Sequence record: SRR20825019_998
Strand: one strand, 5' to 3'
DNA length: 54,528 bases
The translations under genes were made by a program, and so were the position numbers. The notes below the pieces were generated by a model. The model did no database searches, was not told the origin of the DNA, and saw only the letters and a list, made by a program, of their open reading frames with translations. Positions 30,331 to 40,105 of this stretch are shown here, piece by piece. Position 1 is the stretch's first letter; each line of letters starts with the position of its first letter.

Positions 30331-31239
30331 ATGCAAAAGAATATCACTTTACTTTTCGCCTTGGCAATTTCAGCAATAACGCTTCAGGCACAGGATAAAA
30401 AAGATTTAGACAAAAAATCTATTAAGGAAATGTGTGGGTGTTTTGAGGTTACTTTTAACTTCGCCGAAACGTTCAATTATAGCAAAGATTCATTATACAA
30501 ACCTTCACATAATGAAGTTTCATCCGCACTAGAATGGGCAGAAATTGTAACTGATGAAGACGATAAAATCGTTATTCAACATTTACTTCAAGTTGGTAAC
30601 CCAGCAAATCCGATGGTTATTAAGCATTGGCGCCAAGATTGGCTATATGAAAACACAGCTATCTACGATTATAATGCCGATAATACATGGAAATATATAA
30701 AAAAACCAGCTGCTGAAGTAAAAGGACAGTGGACCCAAAAAGTATATCAAGTAGATGACAGCCCTCGTTATGAAGGTTCTGGAAGCTGGGTACACGTTGA
30801 TGGCAAAAATTATTGGGAAAATACTTCCAATGCACCTTTACCAAGACGTGAATACACAACCCGAAGCGATTACAACCTTACTGTTCGTGGCAATAGAGTA
30901 GAATTAACAGATTTTGGTTGGATTCACGACCAAGATAACGATAAAGTAATTCGTGAAAATGATAAGGAAGATGTAATTTTGGCCAAAGAAAAAGGCTATA
31001 ACACCTACGTAAAAGTAGCTGACAGCCGTTGTGCAGTTGCTGCAAAATGGTGGAAAGATAATGGTGAAAAATGGGCTTTAGTTCGTAACAAATGGGATGA
31101 AGTTTACAACCGAAACCAAGACCTTTCATTGGAAGAAAAAGTAAGTAACAAACCTCTTTACAAGTTTTTATTTGAAGAAGAAGGTTATAACGACAAAGCT
31201 ACAATTGACGCCGTAATCGAGTCGTTTGTAAAAAAATAA
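30331..31239 (+). CDS. DUF6607-like exported protein
   Basis: Signal peptide; MCGCFEVTFNFAETF, IQHLL, KHWRQDW, WTQKVYQVDDSPRYEG, PLPRRE, WIHDQDN. Confidence 0.8.
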   Translation: MQKNITLLFALAISAITLQAQDKKDLDKKSIKEMCGCFEVTFNFAETFNYSKDSLYKPSHNEVSSALEWAEIVTDEDDKIVIQHLLQVGNPANPMVIKHWRQDWLYENTAIYDYNADNTWKYIKKPAAEVKGQWTQKVYQVDDSPRYEGSGSWVHVDGKNYWENTSNAPLPRREYTTRSDYNLTVRGNRVELTDFGWIHDQDNDKVIRENDKEDVILAKEKGYNTYVKVADSRCAVAAKWWKDNGEKWALVRNKWDEVYNRNQDLSLEEKVSNKPLYKFLFEEEGYNDKATIDAVIESFVKK

Positions 31240-31244
31240 ATACT

Positions 31245-31284
31245 CCTTTTCTCACCTCCCTTTCAAAAGGGAGGTTGTGAAAGG
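31245..31284 (+). other. Intra-operonic GC-rich hairpin (possible partial terminator or mRNA stabiliser)
   Basis: ACCTCCCTT / AAGGGAGGT core stem with an imperfect extension, followed by GGTTTT. Confidence 0.55.
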
Positions 31285-31313
31285 TTTTAATAAATTAATT
31301 GAAAAATAAAACT

Positions 31314-32804
31314 ATGAAAATTATTATCAAAACCATTCTTTTTTTGTGTGTGTTTAATTCGGTAGCACAACAAAAAAATATATTTCACGATCGCGCATTC
31401 TGGAAATCAAACCCAGATATAGCAACAGTAGAAGAAAAAATTTCAGAAGGCAACGATGCGGTTGCTTTAAATGAAAATGGTTTTGACGCTACCGTGTATG
31501 CAATCATAGAAAAAGCAAATCCTAAAGTAATAAGTTATTTGCTTTCACTTAAAGGGAATCCTGTAGACAAACGCACTCATGATAGCCGAATCTATTTACA
31601 CTGGGCTGCTTATGCAGGCAAAACTGAGGTTGTAAAAACACTATTAGCTAAAGGTTCGTCCATTACAGCTTTAGATAGCCATGAGAGTACCCCACTTATT
31701 TTTGCTGCTGCTTCTGGGCTTACAAACCTTGAAATCTATGATTTGTTTATTGAAAATGGGGTTATCCTTTCTAAAGAAGTAAATCAAGATGGTGCCAATA
31801 CCCTACTGCTTGTAGCACCCTATTTAATTAATGAAAAGGACTTAGAATATTTTATCAATAAAGGAATATCACTAAATAGCACAGATAATGATGGCAATGG
31901 TATTTTCAATTATGCTTCTAAACGAGGGAATATTGATTTCTTAAAAATGCTTGTTAAAAAAGAAATTGACTATAAAACTCCTAATAAAAATGGTGGAAAT
32001 GCATACTTATTCGCAGCTCAAGGTACACGCGGCTTTGAAAATAGCCCAGAAGTTTACACCTATTTAAAAACACTTGGGCTACCTGCAAATGTTATAACTA
32101 ATACCGGCTACACCCCATTACATCGCTTGGCATTAAACAATACTGACAAATCTATTTTTGAGTTTTTCCTTACTGCTGGAGCAGCTGTTAACCAAAAAGA
32201 TGCTACTGGCAACACCCCGTTTCTAAATGCTGCATCTCGTAATAATCTCGAAATTGTTCAGTTACTTTCACAAAATATAGAAGATTATAACGAAACAAAT
32301 GCTAAAGGTCAAACCGCATTGATGCTTGCTGTAGAAAGTAATTCTCCAGAAGTTGTTGCGTTTTTATTGCAAAAAGGGAGTGATGCCCTAGCAAAAGACA
32401 CCAGCGGAAACTCACTGGCGTATTATTTGGCTGAATCCTTTAACTCACAAAAAACGGAAGCGTTTGAAAGCAAACTAAAAATGCTTCAAGAAAAAGGTTT
32501 AAAGTTAAATACCATTCAAGCTGATGGCAATACACTGTACCATCTTGCAGCAAAAGCAAACAACCTGGATTTAATGAAGCGCATGTCAAACTTTGAAATC
32601 CCAGTAAACGAAGTAAACTCTGAAGGATTAACTGCTTTACACCAAGCAGCTATGAAAGCTAAAGATGACCAATTATTAAAATATTTAATCTCAATAGGAG
32701 CCGATAAAAAAGCTACAACCGATTTTGAAGAAACCGCCTACGATTTAGCAAGTGAGAACGAATTCTTACAAAAACAAAATGTACCATTGAATTTTTTAAA
32801 TTAA
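31314..32804 (+). CDS. Exported ankyrin repeat protein
   Basis: ATG 31314 with signal peptide; repeated TPLH/TPFL/TALM/TLYH/TALH ankyrin motifs. Confidence 0.9.
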   Translation: MKIIIKTILFLCVFNSVAQQKNIFHDRAFWKSNPDIATVEEKISEGNDAVALNENGFDATVYAIIEKANPKVISYLLSLKGNPVDKRTHDSRIYLHWAAYAGKTEVVKTLLAKGSSITALDSHESTPLIFAAASGLTNLEIYDLFIENGVILSKEVNQDGANTLLLVAPYLINEKDLEYFINKGISLNSTDNDGNGIFNYASKRGNIDFLKMLVKKEIDYKTPNKNGGNAYLFAAQGTRGFENSPEVYTYLKTLGLPANVITNTGYTPLHRLALNNTDKSIFEFFLTAGAAVNQKDATGNTPFLNAASRNNLEIVQLLSQNIEDYNETNAKGQTALMLAVESNSPEVVAFLLQKGSDALAKDTSGNSLAYYLAESFNSQKTEAFESKLKMLQEKGLKLNTIQADGNTLYHLAAKANNLDLMKRMSNFEIPVNEVNSEGLTALHQAAMKAKDDQLLKYLISIGADKKATTDFEETAYDLASENEFLQKQNVPLNFLN

Positions 32805-32805
32805 G

Positions 32806-33291
32806 ATGATGAAGTTTTTTAAAATATTTCCAGCAATAATTATCCTTGTACTTTTAACATCAGGATTTACAAAAACTGAAACCAAAGCCGTTAAATGCCT
32901 TATACAAATGGTAAATTATACAGGTGAAGGTGCTTATGTGGTGGTTTCATTAATGAACCCAAAAGGCGAATATGAAGAAACCCTATACGTGCAAGGCAAA
33001 GACAGCGAATGGTATAGTGAAATAAGCGAATGGTGGAAATTTTATGGTAAACGCCGTCCAAATATCGATGCCATTTCAGGTGAAACTGTTAGTGGCGGGG
33101 AACGCTCTGTAAGTATTTTGCAAATTCCAGTTTCAAAAATTGACAAAGGGTATAGCCTACGCTTTGAAACTTCCGTTGAAGATCAAAACTATTTTAAGGA
33201 CGATCTCCAGTTTCCACTTACCACTGAAAATTTAAAAAGTAAAAAAGAAGGCAAAGGCTTTATTCGTTACGTGCGTATGCTTCTGCAATAA
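32806..33291 (+). CDS. DUF2271 family exported protein
   Basis: Y.GEGAYVVV, EWW, DAISGET, RFETSVED. Confidence 0.8.
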   Translation: MMKFFKIFPAIIILVLLTSGFTKTETKAVKCLIQMVNYTGEGAYVVVSLMNPKGEYEETLYVQGKDSEWYSEISEWWKFYGKRRPNIDAISGETVSGGERSVSILQIPVSKIDKGYSLRFETSVEDQNYFKDDLQFPLTTENLKSKKEGKGFIRYVRMLLQ

Positions 33292-33357
33292 TAAAAATAG
33301 CTTGGGTTTAGAGCGCCACAGCTCCATTCTCAAATCAAATATTTCATACCCAAAACC

Positions 33358-35550
33358 ATGACCATTTCCATCTGGAGGTATAGTCATTTAGCACTTGCCG
33401 TCGTTTCGTTCCTCTTTTTGATTGTTGCTTCGGTTACCGGGATTATTTTGGCGGTTGAACCAATTACCCACCAATCAAAAGGGTTTGCGGTGCAGAATTT
33501 GGAGGAAGTTTCTTTAGCAACCAGTATTGAAGCTATAAAAGAAAACTATGACGAAGTATTTTCTTTGGAAATTGAACCTTCTGGTTTTGTAAAAGCTTCC
33601 GTGCTAACCGAAGATTTTGAAACACGCGATATTTATATAAATCCACGTACTGCTCAAAATCTAGGCGAAGTTTCAAAACGCCCTGAAATTTATAGTTTTG
33701 CCACCAATCTTCACCGGTCATTATTCCTAAAAAGTATCGGCCGGTTTTTCGTGGGCCTTGTTTCTTTCCTACTTTTTATTATTGCTAGTACGGGTATATT
33801 CTTGCTAGCGAAAAGACAAGGAGGCATAAAAAAGTTTTTCTCAAAAGTGCAAAAGGAATATTTTGAAATGCGCTACCACGTTATTCTAAGTAGAATCCTT
33901 TTTATTCCAATACTAATTATAGCCTTAACAGGTGTTTACCTTTCTGCTGAAAAATTTAATTTATTACCAGAAACTACACCTAAATCACAAAACACACCCA
34001 TTTCAAAAGAAAGTCAAACTTTTGAAAACCTTTCAGAAATTCCCTTTTTTAAAGAAACCATGCTTTCGAAAGTAAGAAAGGTAGATTTCCCCTTCTCTGA
34101 AGATCCTGAAGATTATTTCCACATTGCGCTACAAGACAAAGAAGTGCAGCTTAATCAGCAAACTGGCACCATTGTTCGTAGCAACTCCTACCCCTTTGTT
34201 GTGTTTGCTTCAAGGCTGAGCATGACCCTGCATACTGGCGAAGGCAATGTATTATGGTCAATAATATTACTTATAGCAAGCGCTTCCATACTTTTCTTTA
34301 TGTATTCTGGCTTTGTTATGACGCTAAAAAGACGAAAAAAAGTAAGTACCACAACCAAAATGCCACACAAAGACGAATGCGAATTTATTATTCTTGTTGG
34401 TTCTGAAACAGGAACTACCTTCAATTTTGCCACACGACTTTACAACGCTCTGACGCTTGCAAAAAAACAAGTTTACTTGTCTGAATTAAACAATTATTCC
34501 ACCTACGCAAAGGCAAAACACCTTATTGTTTTAACAGCAACTTATGGCGAAGGAGAAGCACCTACAAATGCTCGGAAATTTGAAACTATTTTACAAACAA
34601 TCCAGCAACCTAATAAAATAAGCTACGCTGTTATAGGTTTTGGCTCATTGGAATACCCCGATTATTGCCAGTTTGCAATTAATGTGGATATACTTTTACA
34701 AGAAAAAACAAACTTTCAAGGGGTTTTACCACTTTATAAAATTAATAATGCCGATTTCACTGACTTTAAAAAATGGGCGGTAAAATGGACTGAAAAAACA
34801 AATGTTCCTATAAAGATCGAACCTCCTAAACAGAAAAAAACCCTCCATAAAATTCCACTAAAAGTAATTCAACGAACAGCATTAAACAGTGATAATACGT
34901 TTTTACTTCGCCTAAAACCGAAACGAAAAACTAAATTCACTTCGGGGGATTTACTTGCTGTGTTTCCAAATAACTCTGACATTGCCCGTCAATATTCCAT
35001 TGCCAGAATAGGAGATGAAATAGTGTTGAGCATCAAAAAACATGAATTTGGCCGTGGCTCTTCCTATCTCTATAATTTAAATGAAGGCGATGTTTTTAAA
35101 GCTGCAATTGAAACAAACCCAACCTTTCATTTTCCGAAGAAAACAAAAAATGCGGTTCTTATTTCAAATGGAACTGGAATAGCACCCTTTTTAGGAATGG
35201 TAAACGAAAATAGTAATGCCAATATAAACCTACTTTGGGGTGGGCGTTCAATAAATTCCGCACAAATTTATGACGCTATTTTGGATGCTGAAAATCTTAA
35301 AACACACGATATAACTATTCTAAAGTGTTTCTCTAGAGAAAAAAACAAACAATACGTTCAAGATTTAGTAATTCAACAAAGTGATGCTATTTTAAAAACC
35401 ATTGCTAATGGAGGAGTACTTATGCTTTGTGGTTCCTTAGCGATGCAACACGGCGTTTTGGATGTTTTGGAACAATTACTCAAAGAAAAATCTAATAAAA
35501 CATTAGATGTTTTAATCCATAACGGACAGTTAAAAATGGATTGTTACTAA
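33358..35550 (+). CDS. PepSY-TM membrane protein fused to flavodoxin and FAD/NAD(P)-binding reductase domains
   Basis: TM His motifs WRYSH, NLHRSL, RYHV, TLHTG; flavodoxin GSETGTT / TATYGEGEAP / GFGSLEY; FNR RQYSI, GTGIAPF, YVQD, LCGS. Confidence 0.9.
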   Translation: MTISIWRYSHLALAVVSFLFLIVASVTGIILAVEPITHQSKGFAVQNLEEVSLATSIEAIKENYDEVFSLEIEPSGFVKASVLTEDFETRDIYINPRTAQNLGEVSKRPEIYSFATNLHRSLFLKSIGRFFVGLVSFLLFIIASTGIFLLAKRQGGIKKFFSKVQKEYFEMRYHVILSRILFIPILIIALTGVYLSAEKFNLLPETTPKSQNTPISKESQTFENLSEIPFFKETMLSKVRKVDFPFSEDPEDYFHIALQDKEVQLNQQTGTIVRSNSYPFVVFASRLSMTLHTGEGNVLWSIILLIASASILFFMYSGFVMTLKRRKKVSTTTKMPHKDECEFIILVGSETGTTFNFATRLYNALTLAKKQVYLSELNNYSTYAKAKHLIVLTATYGEGEAPTNARKFETILQTIQQPNKISYAVIGFGSLEYPDYCQFAINVDILLQEKTNFQGVLPLYKINNADFTDFKKWAVKWTEKTNVPIKIEPPKQKKTLHKIPLKVIQRTALNSDNTFLLRLKPKRKTKFTSGDLLAVFPNNSDIARQYSIARIGDEIVLSIKKHEFGRGSSYLYNLNEGDVFKAAIETNPTFHFPKKTKNAVLISNGTGIAPFLGMVNENSNANINLLWGGRSINSAQIYDAILDAENLKTHDITILKCFSREKNKQYVQDLVIQQSDAILKTIANGGVLMLCGSLAMQHGVLDVLEQLLKEKSNKTLDVLIHNGQLKMDCY

Positions 35551-35553
35551 GCC

Positions 35554-35904
35554 ATGGAAGACCTTAACACGATATACTATAATAACTTTGGAATTGCGTT
35601 TCAATGGAAGCCCGCTGCTACAAATGATTATAAAAAGGTGCAACTCGTTTTCCGCTATACAGGTTTATTGCTTTCTATGAAAGAATTAAAAGGTTTCTCA
35701 AATTCTGTAAACCAAACCCTTGAAAATTGTACTTTATGTGAAGACTGCAAAGCCGACGAAACCAAACGCCCACTTTTGGTAGCTTCCCCTTCAGAAATTG
35801 TTTCATTCGCTATGAGCTACATAGAAGTTGAACAAGTAAAAGATTTACTAGATGGCACCATTTTTCATTTGAATCTAGACAATATGCTAGACGAGCTTAT
35901 TTAA
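35554..35904 (+). CDS. Small hypothetical protein with CxxCxxC
   Basis: Starts 3 bp after the PepSY stop; ENCTLCEDCK. Confidence 0.7.
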   Translation: MEDLNTIYYNNFGIAFQWKPAATNDYKKVQLVFRYTGLLLSMKELKGFSNSVNQTLENCTLCEDCKADETKRPLLVASPSEIVSFAMSYIEVEQVKDLLDGTIFHLNLDNMLDELI

Positions 35905-35923
35905 TAAGCAACAGCTTTTCACC

Positions 35924-36799
35924 TTACTTTTTAAAAAGCTGCCATAGTTTCTTTACTCCCATCAGCACCAATAAACTTGCAAAACCAACCAAAAGGCCCA
36001 CAATAAATTCCGTTACTATTGAAGGTAGTTGCGGTAAAAAATGATGAAAGAAATCAATGTTGTGTACAAAAATCCCTCCTGCTACCAGAATCAAAGCAAT
36101 GGTACCAATTATACTTAAACTTTTAATTACTTTCGGGAGTGCTTGCACTAAAACCACTCCTAATTTCTTAGAAAAGCTATTTTTACTTTTACTTCTTTTT
36201 ATCAGCTTGTATCCCGCTTCATCCATTCTCACAATTAAAGCTACAATACCATAAACACCAATAGTAGCGATAATCGCAATAATACTAACTACCATAATTT
36301 GTGTAGTTAGCGTTTCTTCAACCACCGTCCCTAAAGCTATGATTACAATTTCTATAGAAAGTATAAAATCTGTAATGATAGCCGATTTTACACGCTCCTT
36401 TTCAATAGCTAATATTTCTGTTTCTGTAAGTCCATCTTCCACAAACGATTGTTTTTCATGCGCATGTGGGAAAAAGAATTCATATATCTTTTCTGCTCCT
36501 TCAAAAGCAAGATAAATACCTCCCAGCACTAAAATAGTGGTTACAGCCCACGGTAAAAAAGCACTAAGCAAAAAGGCTATAGGTAGAATAATTAACTTAT
36601 TTAAAAAAGAGCCTTTGGTAATTGCCCACAACACAGGAATTTCACGGGTAGAAGCAAATCCAGAAGCTTTTTCGGCATTTACTGCCAAGTCGTCTCCTAA
36701 GATTCCAGCCGTTTTTTTGGCTGCTACTTTACTCATCATTGCTACATCATCTAGTAATACAGCGATATCATCTAATATTGCGAAAAATCCTGAAGCCAT
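35924..36799 (-). CDS. DUF808 (YedI-like) membrane protein
   Basis: MASGFFAILDDIA, KKTAGILGDDLAVNA, RE.PV, TDFILSIEI. Confidence 0.9.
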   Translation of the reverse strand: MASGFFAILDDIAVLLDDVAMMSKVAAKKTAGILGDDLAVNAEKASGFASTREIPVLWAITKGSFLNKLIILPIAFLLSAFLPWAVTTILVLGGIYLAFEGAEKIYEFFFPHAHEKQSFVEDGLTETEILAIEKERVKSAIITDFILSIEIVIIALGTVVEETLTTQIMVVSIIAIIATIGVYGIVALIVRMDEAGYKLIKRSKSKNSFSKKLGVVLVQALPKVIKSLSIIGTIALILVAGGIFVHNIDFFHHFLPQLPSIVTEFIVGLLVGFASLLVLMGVKKLWQLFKK

Positions 36800-36836
36800 A
36801 CAGTTGTTTTATTTAAGGATGCAATTTAATTCAAAC

Positions 36837-36874
36837 AAAAAAGCCCCACAAATCTACACTTAGATTTATGGGGC
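36837..36874 (-). terminator. Intrinsic terminator after the S46 peptidase
   Basis: Minus-strand GCCCCAUAAAUCUA-AGUG-UAGAUUUGUGGGGC followed by a U tract. Confidence 0.85.
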
Positions 36875-36907
36875 CTTCTCAATAGGTGAAGTTACTTTTT
36901 ATACTAT

Positions 36908-39049
36908 TTACTTCGCCAAAGTAAGCTCATCAATAATATGGCTTGCTCCTGCAAACTTATCAATTAGAAACATAACATAACGAATGTCTACGTTGATGGT
37001 ACGTTGCAGTTGGTCATCAAAAATAACATCTCCAGCCATTGCTTCAATATTACCATCAAAAGCCAAACCAATTAATTCTCCTTTTCCATTAAGTACAGGA
37101 GACCCAGAGTTTCCACCAGTAATATCGTTATCAGTTAAAAAGTTTACTGGCAAATAGCCATCTGCATCTGCATAGCGCCCAAAATCTTTTTTCTCATACA
37201 GATCAATCAATTCTTTTGGCATATCAAACTCATGATCTCCAGGCTGGTATTTTGCAACAGTTCCTTTTAATGTAGTGTAATAGTTTTTTGTTGCATCATT
37301 ACGCTTGTCTTCTGGCAAAGCAATTACTTTTCCGTATGTAAGTCGCAATGTACTATTTGCATCTGGGTAATATTTTTCGTCAGGATTTTGAAGTCGCATT
37401 CCTTGAACAAGCAATCTATAAGCACCTTCAAATTCATCAGCTAATTGCTTTTCTTCTTCAGATTTATAACGGTAACGTGCTAATAAACCTGTTGAAAATA
37501 AATACAAGGGGTCATTCTTTAATACCTCAGCATCTGGATTAGCCAAAAATGCTTCTAGTTTTTCTTTACTCTCAAAAATACTATTCGCAAAAGCAGTATT
37601 TAAATATTCATCCCAACCAGCATCACTGTTTTTATTTGCAGCAGCAATCTCAGCTATATTTGGAGCTATATTTTTCGCTTTTGAAGTATAAAGTCTTAAC
37701 TGTGCCGCCAAAACATTTTTCTCTAAGGGAACATGAACTCCTTCATATAAGTTTGCTATATCATCGTTTAGTTTGGGTAATAACTCAGCACGTTTTGCTT
37801 CGTTTTGCTCAATATAGTATTCAATAGAACTTCCCAAACGGTATGGTAAAATACCCATTTTAGTACGCAACATCATAATCAAGTAGTTATTATGACTGCT
37901 TATTTCGTTTGTTTTTTCGTAATAGTTATTGATTACTGGAATTACATTCTCAAACTTTTCATTGCCTTTTTTAGAAGCCCATTTCTGAAATGCTTTTTCG
38001 TCTTTACGCTTACTTTCTGCAGTTTTATGCTGTGTTAAAGCGTCAATCATTCCTTGACGGTTTTTCCAGTAATTGGCGATAGATGCATAGCTAGAAGCAT
38101 AGTCAAGGTTTACTTGCTGATCTTCGTTCATGTATTTTTTCATAACATCCATAGATGTTTTTGAAGCTTCTACCCAAGCTGGATACGCATATTTTACGTT
38201 TTGCTCAATTCCTCCTGCTGGCATCCAACGGTTTGTTCTACCTGGATAACCCATAATCATTGCAAAATCATTTTCCTTAAAACCATTTAGGTTGGTAGTT
38301 AAATGGTGTTTTGGCTTCAATGGCACATTAGCTTCAGAATATTCAGCTGGATTTCCATCTTTATCTGCATATACTCTAAAAAGTGAAAAGTCGCCTGTAT
38401 GTCTTGGCCATTCCCAGTTGTCTGTATCTCCTCCAAATTTCCCAATGCTTTCTGGTGGCGTTCCTACCAAACGAACATCTGTATAATCTTGGTACACGAA
38501 ATAATAAAACTCATTTCCTTGGTAAAAAGACTTCACAGAAACAGTAAACTTTCCGCCTTCGTTATTTTCTTGCTCAATCTTAGCTATTTCACGGTTTATG
38601 GTTGCTTCGCGCTCTGCTTCCGTCATAGAATCGTTTACTAAACTTAAAATACGCTTAGAAACGTCGTCCATTCTCACAAAAAAGCGAACAGAAAGGCTTT
38701 TGGGTTTCAATTCCTCTTTATGGTTTGCTGCCCAAAACCCATTGGTTAAGTAATCGTTTTCAGCAGTAGAAAGCTCTGCTATTTGGCTATACCCACAGTG
38801 ATGATTCGTTAACACTAAACCACTCCCTGAAATAATTTCAGCAGTACACCCACCGTTAAACTGAACAATAGCATCTTTTAAGCTAGCGTTATTAATACTG
38901 TAAATTTCTTCGGGCGTAAGTTGAAGACCCATTTTTTGCATATCGCGGTAATTTAACCGTTCAATGTGCATTAAAAACCACATACCTTCATTAGCCTGAA
39001 CGGGCATAACAAATGCAGCGACGATAAGTGAGAGAATAAAATTTTTCAT
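36908..39049 (-). CDS. S46 family dipeptidyl peptidase (DPP7-like)
   Basis: NEGMW, GGCTAE..LTNHHCG, DNWEWPRHTGDF, YPDANSTLR, DITGGNSGSPV, GLAFDGN. Confidence 0.95.
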   Translation of the reverse strand: MKNFILSLIVAAFVMPVQANEGMWFLMHIERLNYRDMQKMGLQLTPEEIYSINNASLKDAIVQFNGGCTAEIISGSGLVLTNHHCGYSQIAELSTAENDYLTNGFWAANHKEELKPKSLSVRFFVRMDDVSKRILSLVNDSMTEAEREATINREIAKIEQENNEGGKFTVSVKSFYQGNEFYYFVYQDYTDVRLVGTPPESIGKFGGDTDNWEWPRHTGDFSLFRVYADKDGNPAEYSEANVPLKPKHHLTTNLNGFKENDFAMIMGYPGRTNRWMPAGGIEQNVKYAYPAWVEASKTSMDVMKKYMNEDQQVNLDYASSYASIANYWKNRQGMIDALTQHKTAESKRKDEKAFQKWASKKGNEKFENVIPVINNYYEKTNEISSHNNYLIMMLRTKMGILPYRLGSSIEYYIEQNEAKRAELLPKLNDDIANLYEGVHVPLEKNVLAAQLRLYTSKAKNIAPNIAEIAAANKNSDAGWDEYLNTAFANSIFESKEKLEAFLANPDAEVLKNDPLYLFSTGLLARYRYKSEEEKQLADEFEGAYRLLVQGMRLQNPDEKYYPDANSTLRLTYGKVIALPEDKRNDATKNYYTTLKGTVAKYQPGDHEFDMPKELIDLYEKKDFGRYADADGYLPVNFLTDNDITGGNSGSPVLNGKGELIGLAFDGNIEAMAGDVIFDDQLQRTINVDIRYVMFLIDKFAGASHIIDELTLAK

Positions 39050-39291
39050 TAATTGCTGAATTTATATTTAAAATAATTTTGAAAAGCAGTAAATATAATC
39101 GGAATACCGATTTTAAGAGCCTAAACCCATTTTAAAAATATAAAAACAAAGCAATTTTAACATTTCGTTAAGAGATGTCCGCTTATTATTATAAAAAGCA
39201 CGATCCATCCTATAAGAAAACACTGCCAAGTAAACGAAATGAAGCTTCTTATTTTAACTATAAAAACCTACTAGCGCCCTCACTACCCAAA

Positions 39292-40041
39292 CTATACCCC
39301 ACTCACAATCCCAATGCCAATACCCCTTTTAGCAAACGACTTATAAAATTGCTCTGACAGCATTTCGTAAAACTGTACTTTCACCACTCCAAAAACTTCA
39401 TTACCCCTAACAGGTTTTTCAGCAACCTCAACAATTAACTCCTGTGCATCATCTTTTTGCGACACCATTACAGCTACTACATTAAGCGTAAACCGAAAGC
39501 TATTTTGTTTCAAATTGTATTCCAACACCCCATATTCCAAACTAAAATGCGTACTCCCCTTCGGAAACTTCAACCGTTTTGGATTAAAAGCCAGTGCTCG
39601 TAACCTCCCAGAAGTAGAGTCAAAATCTGGAGTAGGTCCTAAAATTTCACTTACACTTGGCCCTGGGGTAAACTTAAATTCCTGTAGCAACATCCGCCCG
39701 CTTTCACAACTCAGTCCCTTGCCTACCCTACGTTTTCCAAATGGGGATTCATCTAGTTCTTTTATGCTCAAAAACAACTTCATTAACCGTCGGTGTAAGG
39801 TTCCATCTTCCAAATCATTAAGAAAAGGAAACAAAGCCTCCTTAAAGCATTTATTAAATTTACTACAAAACCCCAACTCCTGATTACTGTCCCGAATCCC
39901 TTGCATATTAGGGTTATTTTTTATACTTTCGGAAGTAAACCCACCCCCTGCCTTACGCTGTCGCTGTACCCCATCTTGTAAGTAATAGTTAATGCCATTG
40001 TAGGTTCCTTTAATCGGTGGAAAATTATCATCTGAAGCCAT
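39292..40041 (-). CDS. Orphan hypothetical protein (uncharacterised Flavobacteriaceae family)
   Basis: Probable start ATG 40041 (MASDDNFPPIKGTYNGINYY); basic helical N-half, beta-rich C-half (FPKGSTHF, VQFYE); no signal peptide. Confidence 0.75.
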   Translation of the reverse strand: MASDDNFPPIKGTYNGINYYLQDGVQRQRKAGGGFTSESIKNNPNMQGIRDSNQELGFCSKFNKCFKEALFPFLNDLEDGTLHRRLMKLFLSIKELDESPFGKRRVGKGLSCESGRMLLQEFKFTPGPSVSEILGPTPDFDSTSGRLRALAFNPKRLKFPKGSTHFSLEYGVLEYNLKQNSFRFTLNVVAVMVSQKDDAQELIVEVAEKPVRGNEVFGVVKVQFYEMLSEQFYKSFAKRGIGIGIVSGV

Positions 40042-40105
40042 AACTAACTGGTTTAAAGTTGTTTTATTAGTAGAAAAGTAACCCATTCCCTCCATTTATC
40101 CTAAT

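Noticed and set aside
39175-39357. 60-aa plus-strand ORF
   Set aside because: Overlaps the orphan gene's 3' end in antisense, has no motifs, and is explained by the skewed composition
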